NCBI RefSeq assembly: GCF_018977255.1
Contig: NW_024704743.1
Location: forward strand, 109,556,001 to 109,620,000
Source of the DNA: Callorhinchus milii
Taxonomy: Eukaryota
DNA: 64,000 nt
Direction: 5' to 3'
In this document: piece after piece, positions 35,280 through 47,664 of the stretch
Layout: every line of letters starts with the position of its first letter
Numbering within the stretch: position 1 is the first letter of the stretch
Position numbers and translations under genes: made by a program
The notes under the pieces: generated by a model
The model's input: the letters and a program-made list of their open reading frames with translations, nothing else
What the model was told of the DNA's origin: nothing
Databases searched by the model: none

Positions 35280-35472
35280 ATAATAATAATAAGGGCAAGA
35301 ATCCTTGCATTTGATATAGTGCCTTATCACGTCTTCAAGATGTCTCAAAACGCTTCACAGAATATACTGTAAAGTGAATTGACTGTATATTTTGTGGGCG
35401 AAATGCGACATCCAATTGCACACAGCAGTGTTCGACAAACAGTCATGGATTGAAGTGACCAATTTATTATTT
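35280..35472 (-). mobile_element. tRNA-derived SINE 3' half
   Basis: Consensus tail and body; a second tail lies directly upstream (~35118-35215). Confidence 0.82.
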
Positions 35473-36240
35473 AAAAAAAAACAATTTGGGGGTAAGGAAG
35501 GGTGGGGGCTTGTGTGAATATAAACACCAGCATGAACTAGTTAGACTGAATGACTTATTTTCATGTTACATCGTTCTATGGAACTCTACGTAAATTACAA
35601 ATGTCATACACTCCTTTCTCCCATCTGACCTCTGATCTTGTACGGTCCTATTCCCTCACCCATTCCCTTCACTCTGTCAACTCTGGCCTGCCCTGAGTCC
35701 ACTCAATCCCTCCTCCCCACGTTGCGTGGCTGAGCCTTCAGATACAACAACAGCAACAACTTGCACTTATATAGCGCTCTCTATGCAGGGTAGGGTCTCA
35801 GATACTAATTGAGCCAGGCTGACACCTTGACTTGTTATTCAAAGTAAGTTAATAAAGTATTGGGTTGTCCTCCGTGAACCTCACTGCATCTTACGGCTTG
35901 GGAATCAGCATTGATTGCATTTGCCGTGCGACATGCACAATGAACTCTATCTCGCAGGCCTTGGAGAGCGGTGACCAGCCTGTTAAAGTTTGTATTTGGC
36001 AACAGCAGTAAATAAACAAGCCACTCAGAGCCCCTCTTTCATCCTCTGACAATACCAAGCTGTGTCAGCAACATCCAGTGACTATTACAATCATTTCTAC
36101 TAGGAAGTGAAGAACTTCAAAATATTGAAACTTCTCAAAGTGCTACAACCGTGAAATACCAAGCCTATAGCTGTTTTGGAAGCAAACACTTATTGTGCTC
36201 AAAGCAAGCCTCCACAAACAGAATGAGGTGAATGATAAAA

Positions 36241-36586
36241 ATAATAATAATAATCCTTGCATTTGAAATAGCGTCTTTCACATCAGTAGGATGTCCTAAA
36301 TCACATTGCAGGATTTACTGTTATTAAAACATAGCGACAGTGTTTGACTGTGACTGACTAATTTTATTCGGGAGATTTTTGACCAGAATACAGCGATAAA
36401 TTGCCTTCTCTTTTCAAAGAGTGCCAACTGAGCAGGCAGATGGGACCTCAGTTTAACATCTCATGCAAAAGTCAGAACCCCGACAATGTAATGCTCCCCT
36501 GATAGTACACTGGAAGGTTAGCCTAGGCTGTGAGCTCACATTCCCCACCTCAGAGGTGAGCATGCTACCAACTGAGCCAATCTGAC
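36241..36586 (-). mobile_element. Deu-domain SINE, near full length
   Basis: (AAT)n tail through head GTGTCAGATTGGCTCAGTTGGTAGCA. Confidence 0.8.
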
Positions 36587-37269
36587 ACTTACTTATGCTT
36601 TTTAAATATCAAAGAGCCCGCTGCCTGATATCACTGCTTAAATTGGCCTGGAATATTTTTTTTCACTCTCCTTCACTTATCCTGCCTAAATTCTCTGCTC
36701 GATTTTACCCATCGTACTTTTTAATTAAAAGTGACAATTCAAAGTAAAAACACAGACATCTGAATAATTGAGCTGATCGAGGCCTGGCAGCAACCCAGCC
36801 TTTTAATTTTTACACTGAAAGGCTCCTACAGAGCTGGTGCTTGGAGATAGGACTGTCTAGTTAAATGGATTTACTCCAAAGTTAAATCCCCCCTTTTTTT
36901 TCAAGAAGTTTAAGTCTCCAGCTGGTGGGAGAGAGAGAGGGAAACAAAGAGAAAGTGAACAAGAAAAAGAGAAAGCAAAGCAGAGAAAGAAATGAGAGAG
37001 AGAAACTCGAGATCAATGCTTCCAATTTTCAGGTGAATTAAAGGAAAATTGGGCTTCATGTAAGAAGTGCTCACTCCCAGCTACGGGTCCAGGTGTCGGG
37101 TTTGGAACCGAACTGGAGAGAGACTCAACAACAAAATATTCCTTTTATATAGTGTCTTTCACGTCAGGAGGACATAATAATAATAATAACCCTTGCATTT
37201 GATACAGCACATTATCACAATGGGACGATGTCGCAAGGTTCTGTGAAATCCCTCCACTCCTCTGCAGCC

Positions 37270-37607
37270 CCTACTTCACTGACCCCCTCTCTCCTCACAA
37301 CAGTGCCCGCTGCCTTTGCTCCACCGGATCTGGCCTTCTCCTTGTCTCCCGAATCCTCCGCTCCACCATCGGTGGCCGTGCCTTCAGCCACTACGCCCTG
37401 AGGCTCTGGAACTCCCTACCTCACTCCCTCGCTTCGCCCCCTTTCTTCCTATTTTCAGGTCTCGGCTGAAGGCCTTTCTTTTTGACTGCGCCTCTGATCA
37501 CCTTCCTCCCCCTTCCCCTGGCTCGGCCCCGGGATCCATTACTGTGAAGTGCTCTGAGACGCCGTCCGGCGTGGAGGGTGCTATATAAATCCAAGTTGTT
37601 GTTGTTG
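37270..37607 (+). mobile_element. L2 3' fragment (subfamily with ACGCC/GGCGT hairpin)
   Basis: Encodes [31 protein letters not shown]; tail GAGACGCCGTCCGGCGTGGAGGG..(TTG)n. Confidence 0.88.
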
Positions 37608-38209
37608 AAACATAGAATGTAATGGTTTGAGCTCGTCTTTTGTTTCTTGATACAGGTATCAGCATGGGTGGACAGGTTCCTGGGGCATGGTGAGATGTAC
37701 AGATGATATGTAATCTAGCCTGCACTCCTCTGCTGAGCTCCTTTTCCTTCCAAATTTAGGTTTGAGTTTAATCTGAGTGTAATCCATGGAAAAGTGTTAG
37801 GGGTGGAGTTTCGACTGGTGGGACGTTTAGTCTTTGGGGAAGGAGTTGGAGAAAAAGGTGCAGTGAGAAGATTATGAGGCATTGTATGATGGAGATGATG
37901 GATGTTTGCTGGTTTCAAATTTAGCAAGGAATTTATCAAATAAAACAACTAGATAATCTTTACCTTTTTTAGTGCTTTTCACGTTAGGAAGACATCAAAG
38001 GTGAACTCTGTACCCCAAAAGGAGGTGGATTCAAATTGTCAAGACTGTGGTTGATAGATATTTGTTAGGTAAGGGTATCAAGGAATATGGGGTGGTAATT
38101 GGGGTTGGGTACAGATCTGCAATGATCTAATATAATGGCGGAACAGTTTTGTGGGGCTTAATAGCCTCTCCTCTCCAATATGAACAAATACTATGTTCAT
38201 CTGCTTCAC

Positions 38210-38580
38210 GGTAATCACTTTAAAGTTTAGTCACTTTGTATTTTGGGGTGAATGTGGCAGCCAATTTGCGCCCTCAATGTCCTATGAACAGACATGAGGT
38301 GAATGACCAATTTTTATCTGGGATATTGTTGGCCAGGACTCTAAGAGAAACACCCTTCTCTTTTCAAATAATGCCGTGGGATTTTAAACGTCCACCTGAA
38401 CAAGTAAGGAGGACCCTGGTTTAACATCTCATCCAAAAGATGTTGCCTACACCAATGGAACACTCCTCTCAGCATTCAAGTGTCAGCCTAGACTACATAA
38501 GTACAAAGTCTCAACATGGTGCTTGAACCTACAACCTTCTGACTCAGAGATGAGCATGTTACTCTCTCAGCCAGGCTGAA
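38210..38580 (-). mobile_element. Deu-domain SINE, near full length
   Basis: Body, core and head (CTTGAACCTACAACCTTCTGACTCAGAG) are all present. Confidence 0.82.
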
Positions 38581-38729
38581 ATTCAAACTCTTCATCTATA
38601 ATTTACGAACACTGCGTTCCCAAATAAAGGTCATACAGTAAACAATGGGGACATGAAATTCCACACAGTCTTTAGCACGTACCATCATGCAGAAATGTGG
38701 AGAATTTGTAAATACCATCCAATTTTTTT

Positions 38730-38945
38730 TGGTCAGCCAAATATCTGACCTATTACCACGCTTAGAAGTATCCAAAACAGACTGAGAGTTCAATATAGTT
38801 CAACACCATCTACACATGGAAATGCACCTGTGTTTGAAATGGAACTCTTTCTCCCTGTAGGGTCTCACCCTGTTTACAGTGTTAACAGGAGCCGAAAGGG
38901 AATAATTTATTTTCCCAGTGACTAGTCAGCCTGTTCAAATCCAGA
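38730..38945 (+). repeat. Unclassified old dispersed repeat copy
   Basis: GGTCAG..TATCCAAAACAGACTGAGAGTTC..GTTAACAGGAGCC..CCCAGTGACTAGTC. Confidence 0.55.
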
Positions 38946-39509
38946 CTTGGAGGTAAGACTGAAAGCTGTTTACGGGATATTGCTATGTGCAAATTGGCTG
39001 TGTGTTTGCCTACAAAATACACAGGATACTACACTTTACAGTATATCTTGTGAAACACTTTGAGAGGTCCTCCTGATGCGAAAGGTCCTATATAAACTGT
39101 GAGGATTACTTTATTATACTGAAACGATTCCGAATCAAAGTGTTGGTGCTTATGTGCGTTCATGTGCAGGTATGATAAAAATAGCAGATTCAACGTACTA
39201 AGTAAGATCCTCCCAGCAAATCCTGTTACAAACTCGTGATAGATCCACCAATTTACCCTTTGTAGGTGAATAGGGTCTAATCTGCAAGCACAGCCTCATT
39301 TTGCAAACATTCACACAACAGAATTTAAGAAAAACAAAGGTGAAATTAATGTTTTAATTCCTTTCTTGAAAGGGATGGAACTGCTTAGATATGTCCTCTG
39401 TGACTGACAGGAGAGTGCTTCATCATTGTGTTGTTTGGGGGCTGGTTTGTCTTGATTAATGCATCTATGTTGGCAACTGAAGGATGCCTTTTCCCCGGAT
39501 TATCAATCT

Positions 39510-39644
39510 TATCCGGATCCAACCCATCACCTCCAGTCAAGTCTTGTCCCATCCCGACTTGTCCCATCGAATCCTGGCCTATCCCATCCGACCTGTCCCA
39601 TCCAATCTTGATCTGTCCCATCCTGACCTATCCCATCTAATCCT
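39510..39644 (+). repeat. Degenerate pentanucleotide microsatellite (ATCCC/GTCCC-like)
   Basis: 5-bp periodic (A/G)TCC(C/T) units; the pattern resumes at ~40010-40038 after the SINE. Confidence 0.75.
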
Positions 39645-39998
39645 AATGTAGCCAAGTCATTAGCGTGTTCACCTTGCAAGCGTAAGGACCCGAGTTTGAT
39701 CCCAGGGCAGTGCGAAACCTTGGGCAAGTTTCCTTACACGCCTTTGTTCACCTAGCAGTGAATAGGAACCCAGTTGTTAATTGATTGGCAGATAGCTTTC
39801 CGGGGGGAAATAATCCCTCAAAAAAAGTGTTCACTCAATTCATGACTGTTTGTGGGACACTGCTGTGCGCAATAGGCTTCCACATTTCACCCATAAAATA
39901 TACAGTCAATTCACTTTACAGTATTTTCATGAAGCGCTTTGAGACATCTCAACAATGTGATATAATATCAAATAATATCAAAAACAAGGATTATTATA
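39645..39998 (+). mobile_element. tRNA-derived SINE, long form, inserted in the microsatellite
   Basis: Degenerate head, AAACCTTGGGCAAGTTTCCTTAC, TGTTCACCTAGCAGTGAATAGGAAC, tail CAAGGATTATTAT. Confidence 0.85.
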
Positions 39999-40909
39999 AC
40001 TGTATTATTATCCTTACCTGTCCGTCCTATCCCATTCCACCTTTGCTGTAAAAAATGCCAATCAGGAGAGCCTCGGTCTTGCTGACATTCACCTGTTAGG
40101 ACGTCAGTTGTCCTGAAATCAAGGGTGGAGACAGAGAGATAGATAGGAAATGACCAATTCTAGTTGGAGGATTGTTGGCAAGGATACTGGGAAAAAAAAC
40201 CTTCTCTTTTCAAATAGAGCCATGGGATCTTTAACATTAACCTGAACAGACAGATGAGACCTTGGTTTAACATTTCATCCAAAGTATGGCGCATCTGACA
40301 ATGCAGCACACCCCCAGAATTAAAGTGAAATGTCAGCCTAGACTACATTTCGACCCAGTTGGAATTTTACCCCTTTAGTGCATACTCAGTCTGTGGGTGG
40401 TGAATGTCTCAAAGAATGTTCATCCTTGAGAGCTTTTGACATCCTTTCTCATAACTATATACAGTTCTAATCATACTCGTACCACAATAAATTCATCCAT
40501 GAAGCGAAATATTCAGTCAGTCGTGGTAGAACTTGATGAAAGATTTTCCATGTACCACTGTTTCCTTGTCAGTGGTTCACTGCAAACTACCATTACATAA
40601 TGCTGTTGCATCCTGGCAGCTTCTGTGTGTTAGCTACACTTACTGTATGGTGCAATTATTTGAGAATGTGTTGTGTTCTCAGGTACATTGCACCATGTCA
40701 ATGCCGCTTGGGTTACATGTGATTTGAGTTAACATAACAAGATAATAACAATCTTTGCATTTGATATAGCACTTTATCACATTGGCAAAACAAAAATATA
40801 CTGTAAAGTGATGTGGCTGTATGTATTTTGTGAACAAAATGCGACAGTCAATTTGTGCACAGCAATGTAATTTGCGCACAGTATATATGCCTCAACTCCC
40901 AAGTTCATT

Positions 40910-42056
40910 GTGGACACAGTCGACCACGCCATCCTACTCCACCGCCTTTCTGCCTGGTTCAAGTCCTACCTCACAAACCACCAGCAGTACATCTGTACAA
41001 ACAGCTTCTCCTCCTGCTCTCACCCGGTTACCTGCGGGGTACCCTAAGGTTCCATCCTTGGCCCCCTCCTCTTTCTGATCTACATGCTCCCTTTTGGGGA
41101 TGTCATCCACAGACATGGGGTACATTTCCACATGTAGGCGGACGACACCCAACTTTATTTTTCCACTTCTATTTGCGACCCCCAGTCCCCTGATGTTCTG
41201 TCAGCCTGCCTTTCAGACCTCAGGGGCTGGATGAGCACAAATTTTCTTCAACTGAACGTCAACAAGATGGAAGCCATACTCTTTCGCTCTCATCAGTGTC
41301 TCAAATCCCATGGCTCTCACCTCCTCCACCTACCCGACTTTCCCCTAAAAGTCTCCAAACCCATACGCAACCTTGGCCAATTGTCCTTCCTCCCCTACAT
41401 ACGGCCCCTCACCAGCACCACTTTCTTCCACCTCCGACACATTGCCCGTCTCTGCAAATACCTCTCTCCGAAAGCTGCCGAAACCCTGGTCCATGCCTTT
41501 GTCACCTCTTGGCTGGACTACTCTAACGCCCTCCTCATCGATCTCCCATCCACCACCATCCATAAAATCCAAATCATCCCAAACTCTGCCGCCCGCATTC
41601 TCATCCACACCAAACTACGTTCCCCGATCACCCCAGTCCTTACCAGACTGCACTGGCTGCCTATCCCAGAGAGGATGGATTTCAAGATCCTCACCCTTGT
41701 ATTCAAGTCCCTGCACTCCTCTGCACCTCCCTACCTCTCTGACCTCCTCTCTCCTCAAAACAGCACCCGTTGCCTTCAATCCCCTGGGTCTGGCCTCCTC
41801 CTCATCCCCCAAGTCTTCTGCTCCACCCTCAGCGGCCGTGCTATCAGCCACTATGCCCCGAGGCTCTGGAATTCCCTTCCTCACTCCCTTCGCCTCGCCC
41901 CCTCTCTTCCTACTTTCAGGTCCCTTCTGAAGACCTTTCTTTTCGACCACGCCTTGGTCACATTCCTCCCCCTCCCCCTGGCTCGGCCCTGTGAAGCGCT
42001 CTGAGACGCCGTCCGGCATGGAGGGCACTATATAAATCCAACTTGTTGTTGTTGTT
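40910..42056 (+). mobile_element. L2 LINE, 5'-truncated
   Basis: RT remnants with an in-frame stop at the Y of YADD; long ORF 41231-42004 (NFLQLN..RNLG..LHWLP..RLWNSLP); (TTG)n tail. Confidence 0.93.
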
Positions 42057-42624
42057 GGATGATTGAGATTTTAGTACTTCTATTGAGTTTATAATACTCC
42101 AATTCAGAGCGTGATTCTTCAATTTCGAGAGCGAAACTCTAATTCAACAACAACCATAACAAGTTACATTTATATAACACCCCTTACGCAGGGTAGTGTC
42201 TCAGAGAGCTTAAGAGCTAATTCAGAGTGTGATACCCCAGTTCAGAACATGATATTCCAATTTAGATAATGATGCTCATTTCCCATTAATAAAATGGTAG
42301 CCACATCCCTTGAGGGAAATATAGCCACAATGAATGTGCTGTGCCATTTCTGTGTTGCCAAAAGACTTTGGTTTTCAATAGTGTTTCAGCATAAGTGTGA
42401 TTATAAGTGACCGTAGAGGCTACCAAACCAACCACTTTTTTTGCATTGACCTTGATGGATTAGTTGTCACTCTAAGTACCAATTTGAAGACATTTCTTCC
42501 TAATGGTTTCCATAGTGACCCAGTCACAAGGTCTGCAGGGAGAAGAAGGCAACATCTCTTTTCCTGATAGTCAGGTCTATTATGTGAATTGTGCAAATTA
42601 TGTGGCTTGAGCACTTCCACAATT

Positions 42625-44571
42625 ACCGCCTCTTCCTTTCACAGGCCAAAACAGACTTTTGCTCCAAAGTCATCCTGAGGCCAAAAACAATCCAAAGACA
42701 CCGTTTTCCGTCGTCCATCATTTCTTACGAGCACCCCTTCTAGCTCCCTCAATCCTCACATCAAACGCCAAGTGCGAAGAGGTCCTAGACTTCTTCACCT
42801 CAACGATTGAAAGCATCCACTTGGCTGCATGGTCCTCCCCTTCCATATCCCCTTCCATCCAACCCAGACAATCCACACAACCTTCTCCTTCCGCCACGTC
42901 TTCTGCCGCTCCCCCCTCCTTACACTCCTTTGCCCCCATTTTTCCCTCCTCCCTCATGCACAATCACCCGCATGAAGTTCACCACCTGCTGCCTCGACCC
43001 CCTCCCCACCCAGCTGCTGGTCACTCAACTCCCCCTGCTCTCCCCCTTGCTGGCCGACACGATCAACCAGTCTCTCTCCTCAGGCTCTGTTCCACTTCCC
43101 CTGAAAACCGCTGTTATCACACCCCTCCTCAAAAAACCCACCCTCGAGCCCTCTAACCTCACACAGTACCATCCCATTTCCAACCTAGCCTTCCTTGCAA
43201 AGTCCTGGAATGCATTGTTGCAGGTCAGCTTCGGTCACACTTCTCTCTCCACTCCCTCCTTGAGCCCCTGGTCTGGTTTTCGGCCTGCCCACAGCACAGA
43301 GACAGAGTTTATCAAAGTGACAAATTACATTCTCTCTATCTGTGACCAGAGCTTCCACTGCCTCCTCAACCTTCTGGATCTCTCTGCTGGTTTGACACAG
43401 TCGACCATGCCATCTTCCTCCAATGCCTCTCCTCCCTTATCCACCTTAGTGGGACCACACTTACATGGTTTGAGTCTTACTCAACCAACTGCCTCCATTT
43501 CATCTTGGCAAATGATTTCTCCTCCCGCCCCCGCCCGGTCACCTGCATGGTACCCCAGGGCTCTGTGCTTGGTCTCCTTGTTTTCCTAATCTATAAGCTC
43601 CCTTTTGGCGATGTCATCCACAGACATGGGTTAAAATTCCACATGCATGTGGATGACACACAAATCTATTTTGCCTCCTCCAGCATCGACTCCAGGTCCG
43701 CCGATGTTCTATCATCTTCTCTGGGGGACATCAGGGTGTGGATGAATGCAAACTTCCTGTAACTGAATGTGGACAAGATGGATGCCATACTCTTTGGAAC
43801 GTCTTCACTCCTACAGATCTAAACTCCTCAACCTCCCTCAGCTCTCCCTCAGATTTACCAAACCAGTGCGCAATCTAGGTGTCCGGTTAACTCCCAGCTG
43901 TCCTTCCTCCCCCTCATCCAGTCCCTGACTAGGATTGACTTCCTCCACCTTCACCTCATTGCTCGCCTCCAATGGTACCTTACCCCAAATGCAGCCGAAA
44001 CCCTTGTACATGCATTTGTCACCTCCCACCTGGATTATTTAAATGCACTCCTCGCCGGTTTCCCCAGCTCCACTATTCAAAAAATCCAGCTCATTCAGAA
44101 CTCTGAAGCCCACATATTGACACGGACCAAACTCTGTACCCACATTTCACCAGTTCTGGCCAGGCTCCACTGGCTCTCCATCACTGAACAGATCAACTTC
44201 AAGATCCTCAAACTCGTTTTCAAATCCCTTCACTCTCTGGCACCTCCCTACCTCTCCGACCTCCTCACTCCCCAATCCACCGCCTGGCGCCTCCGCTCAA
44301 CTGGCACCGGCCTCCTGTTCGTCCCTCGCACCCTCCGCTCCACAACTGGAGGTTGCACTTTCAGCCTGTACGTCCCGAATCTTTGGAACACTCTTCCTTA
44401 ATCCCTCCACCTTTCCCCCTCTCTCCCCTTTCCAAGTTCTGCATTAAAATCTTCCTTTTCAACCGTGCTTATGGTCACCTCCCATTCGGCTCGAAGTCAG
44501 GTTCTGCCATTGTTAAGCACTCTGAGACGTTGACCTGCATGGAGGGCACTATATTATTGCAAGTTGTTGTT
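42625..44571 (+). mobile_element. L2 LINE, ~1.95 kb, degenerate
   Basis: Colinear with 5742-7820 (LDPLPT..KTAVITPLLKKP..YHPISNL..PQGSVLG..HVDDTQ..LHWL) with many frameshifts; (TTG)n tail. Confidence 0.93.
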
Positions 44572-44689
44572 GCTTGGGGGGAATTACAGGTGCCCTTAAT
44601 TATGCAATTATCAGTTGATTCTGTAAACCTTTTGTTCGTTGTTTATTACAACTGTGGGTTCAATCCACCGCATCAAGACTTTGCACCTA

Positions 44690-44842
44690 TACACTCCAAT
44701 AGAGTGCTGGAGCTGCGTTACATTGTCAGAGGTGCCGTCCTTTGGACGAGATGTTAAAACACGGTGCAAATCCCAACATGTGGTCTTGAACTCACAATAT
44801 TCTGATGGAGGCGAGAGTGCTGCCAACTGAGCCAGGCTGACC
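44690..44842. mobile_element. Rearranged Deu SINE fragments (plus-strand core abutting minus-strand head)
   Basis: CATTGTCAGAGGTGCCGTCCTTTGGACGAGATGTTAAA (+) followed by GAGAGTGCTGCCAACTGAGCCAGGCTGAC (-). Confidence 0.6.
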
Positions 44843-45419
44843 TGCAAAACACAAGGATTTTTATTATTATGTACTTACTAAAATCACTGGAACTAGCGAC
44901 TGCTCTGATGATTGATCACCAGCTGTTGTGCTGGTGACAGGCACTCCTGATCTCTGCACTGACCTTCTAGAGGTCCACACCAAAAGGGTCAGATGGCAGT
45001 CTAATCATTCAGTTCCAGTTATTTTAGTAGTTAATCATCCATTTTGTCTGTAATCATTGATTTGTTTAATGTTCCAATTACGGAGGTCATTCTGCTGGCT
45101 CTGCAATTCCTAAGAATAGCTCCATGTTAATTCTTCGCCCACAAATTCACTCACATTACTCTACAATAAATCCTGTGAACACTTTGAGATGTCTCAATGC
45201 CGTGATAAGTCACTGTATCAACTGCAAGGATTATTATTATTAGTGTCACCCTCTTTGATTGTGGGAACCACAAATCCCACCCCACCCAACACACACACGC
45301 TGAATTGCCCCAGGATTCATTAACATCCTTTTCAGTTCTCTCTGACATCCTCTAATCCCTTTTCTTTGTTAATCTTCTATCTGTTCTGTGCCCTATGCTC
45401 TACACTTTCCCTTCTTCAT

Positions 45420-45708
45420 ACCCAAGGACACCAATTTAAAACGGTTGTTAAAAGAAACAGAGGGGAGGTGAGGAGAAATTTTTTCGCACAGCGAGTTGTT
45501 CAGATCTGGAATGCATTGCCTAAAAGGGTGGTGGAAGCTGATTTGATCACAAGTTTTAAGAGAGAAGTAGATAATTATCTGGGGAGGACAAGTTTGCAGG
45601 GCTATGGGGAGAGAGCGGGGGAGTGGGATTGATTTGGATAGCTCTTTTCAAAGAGGCGGCACAGACACGATGGGCCGAATGGCCTCCTTCTGTGCCGTAT
45701 AATTCTAT
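45420..45708 (+). mobile_element. CR1 3' end
   Basis: Encodes RRNFFAQRVVQIWNALP; CR1 3' UTR hairpin and ATTCTATG tail. Confidence 0.9.
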
Positions 45709-46222
45709 GAGAGCACATTCAGTTCAGTCTAAGAAAGTCACCGATAGCTCCACCTGCTGGATACGTATTGAAACTGCATCAACCTCATCTTCCTCCCAAT
45801 GGGAAGGTTGTTTTTTAGGTATAAAGAACTGGATGATGGAAGCAGGAAGCAGAGAGAGGGTTTACAGGAAGGAAATCAAGAAAGTGAGACTCCTCTGTGT
45901 AAAGAATTGTTTTAACCTCCCCTTTAATTACCTTAATTTTTAAAGCGCCTACCACATCAAGATTGTCTCAAAACCTTTATAGAGCATGGTGACTGTATAT
46001 TTGTAGCTGAACTGGCCAACTAATTTGACACAGCAATGTCTCAGAAACATTCACAAAATGAATAGCCAATTTTTATCTCGAGAATTGTTGACCAGGAAAC
46101 TGGGAGAACCTCCCTTCTCTTTTGGCAATAGTGCTGCCGGATCTTTACCTCCAAACTTGAACAGGTAGCTGGGACCTCGATTTAACATTCGACTTGAAGG
46201 ACAACACCTATGGTAGTGCAGC

Positions 46223-46340
46223 AGCAACAACAACAACTTGGATTTATATAGCGCCCTCCACGCCAGATGGCGTCTCAGAGCTCTTTACAGTAACGGATCC
46301 CGGGGTCGAGCCAGGGGGAGGGGGAGGAAGGTGACCAAAG
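46223..46340 (-). mobile_element. L2 3' end fragment
   Basis: Reverse complement of the 37500-37607 tail; inserted into a Deu SINE (45945-46222). Confidence 0.8.
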
Positions 46341-46825
46341 GCGCGCCCCCAACACTACACTGGAGTGTACATTAAGGATATTATATAAATGCAAGTTGTT
46401 GTTGAAATCAAGGACCTGAAGTAGACAACCTACAACCTGATCCAAAACTAAGAGGGTTACCAATTATAGTAATCCCGCATTTGATATAATGCCGTATCAA
46501 GTCTTTGAGATGTCTCAATGCGCTTTACTGTAAAGTGAATTGACTGTATATTTTGTGGGCGAAACAAGGCAGCCAATTGTGCACAGCAGTGTCCCACAAA
46601 CAGTTGTGGCTTGAAGCGACCAATTTATTATTATTTTTTGTTGAAGGAATTTTTTGAGGCATGTTGACACCATAATCTGAAGCTATTTACCTGATCATGA
46701 TCTAACAGGATAGATTGTCCTTGCCTGTATCAGCTGCAGTGAAAAGAGCCTGAACTTCTCAAGTCTCTTTTGCAGAGTGACCAAGTTCAGCTGGTCGGTT
46801 TCATCGCAAAGCTTCATCGCACATC

Positions 46826-46842
46826 TGATTTATTGGCTGTCA
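46826..46842 (+). promoter_or_regulatory. Candidate PBX-HOX plus MEIS composite site
   Basis: TGATTTATTGG (TGATNNAT) immediately followed by CTGTCA, in unique sequence. Confidence 0.4.
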
Positions 46843-47296
46843 ATGAGAAAAGCTGAAATGTATGATAATGATTGGAGTAAGCTGACTGGAACTGACAATA
46901 TAATCACAGCCAGTGAAGGGGAACGGAATAGACATGGAAACATGCTGAAGAGAAAAAAACAACGATATTCAAATTACTGCAGTGAGGAAAGAAATGACAG
47001 GGCGGCCCACAGAGATTTTACATGGTTAATTTACAGTATTTCCAAGAGTTCCAAGAGGATCACCGAACTACACACATCCACACTCACACACACAGGAATT
47101 CTGGTCATACCACATGCAGCAACTCCCCTCCAGAAGTGCCCTGATGGTCAGTCTGATGGGTTCTAATGGTTACCATCTCAGATTCCTTATGTCGATGAGA
47201 ATTACTGCAGCTTACAGATAGACCTACAACCAACGGCCAGGACTTCAGCCACTATGCCCCCACTTTAGATCTGCCTTCTGGGAAGCCACGCCCATG

Positions 47297-47610
47297 GTGG
47301 AGTCCTGTGGCTCAGTGGTTAGAGCACTCGCTTTGCAAGCGAGAGACCCGAGTTCAATTCCAGGCAGGTCAGGGCGAAACCTTGGGCAAGTTTCCTTACT
47401 CCACACAGAGCCTAATAATAATCCCTCCAAAAACCAAAAACAATAATAAATTGGTCATTTTCAATCCACGACTGTTTGTGGGACATCGCTGTGCGCAATT
47501 GGCTGCCGCGTTCGCCCACAAATATACAGTCAATTCACTTTACAGTGTGTTCTGTGAAGCGCTTTGGGACGTCCTCCCGACGCTATATCAAATGCAAGGA
47601 TTATTATTAT
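47297..47610 (+). mobile_element. Young tRNA-derived SINE, short form, full length
   Basis: A box TGGCTCAGTGG, arm CTCGC-TTTGCAA-GCGAG, B box GAGTTCAATTCC, many CpGs retained, (ATT)n tail. Confidence 0.93.
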
Positions 47611-47664
47611 AAGTCAAAATGTACCTTTCTCATCTCCTCATTTTTCTCCTCTTCAAAACTCTTT

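Noticed and set aside
46255..46275. CTCF-like CGCCAGATGGCG
   Set aside because: Part of the L2 tail hairpin sequence.
47297..47370. Functional tRNA-Ala gene
   Set aside because: No acceptor stem or terminator; runs into the SINE body.
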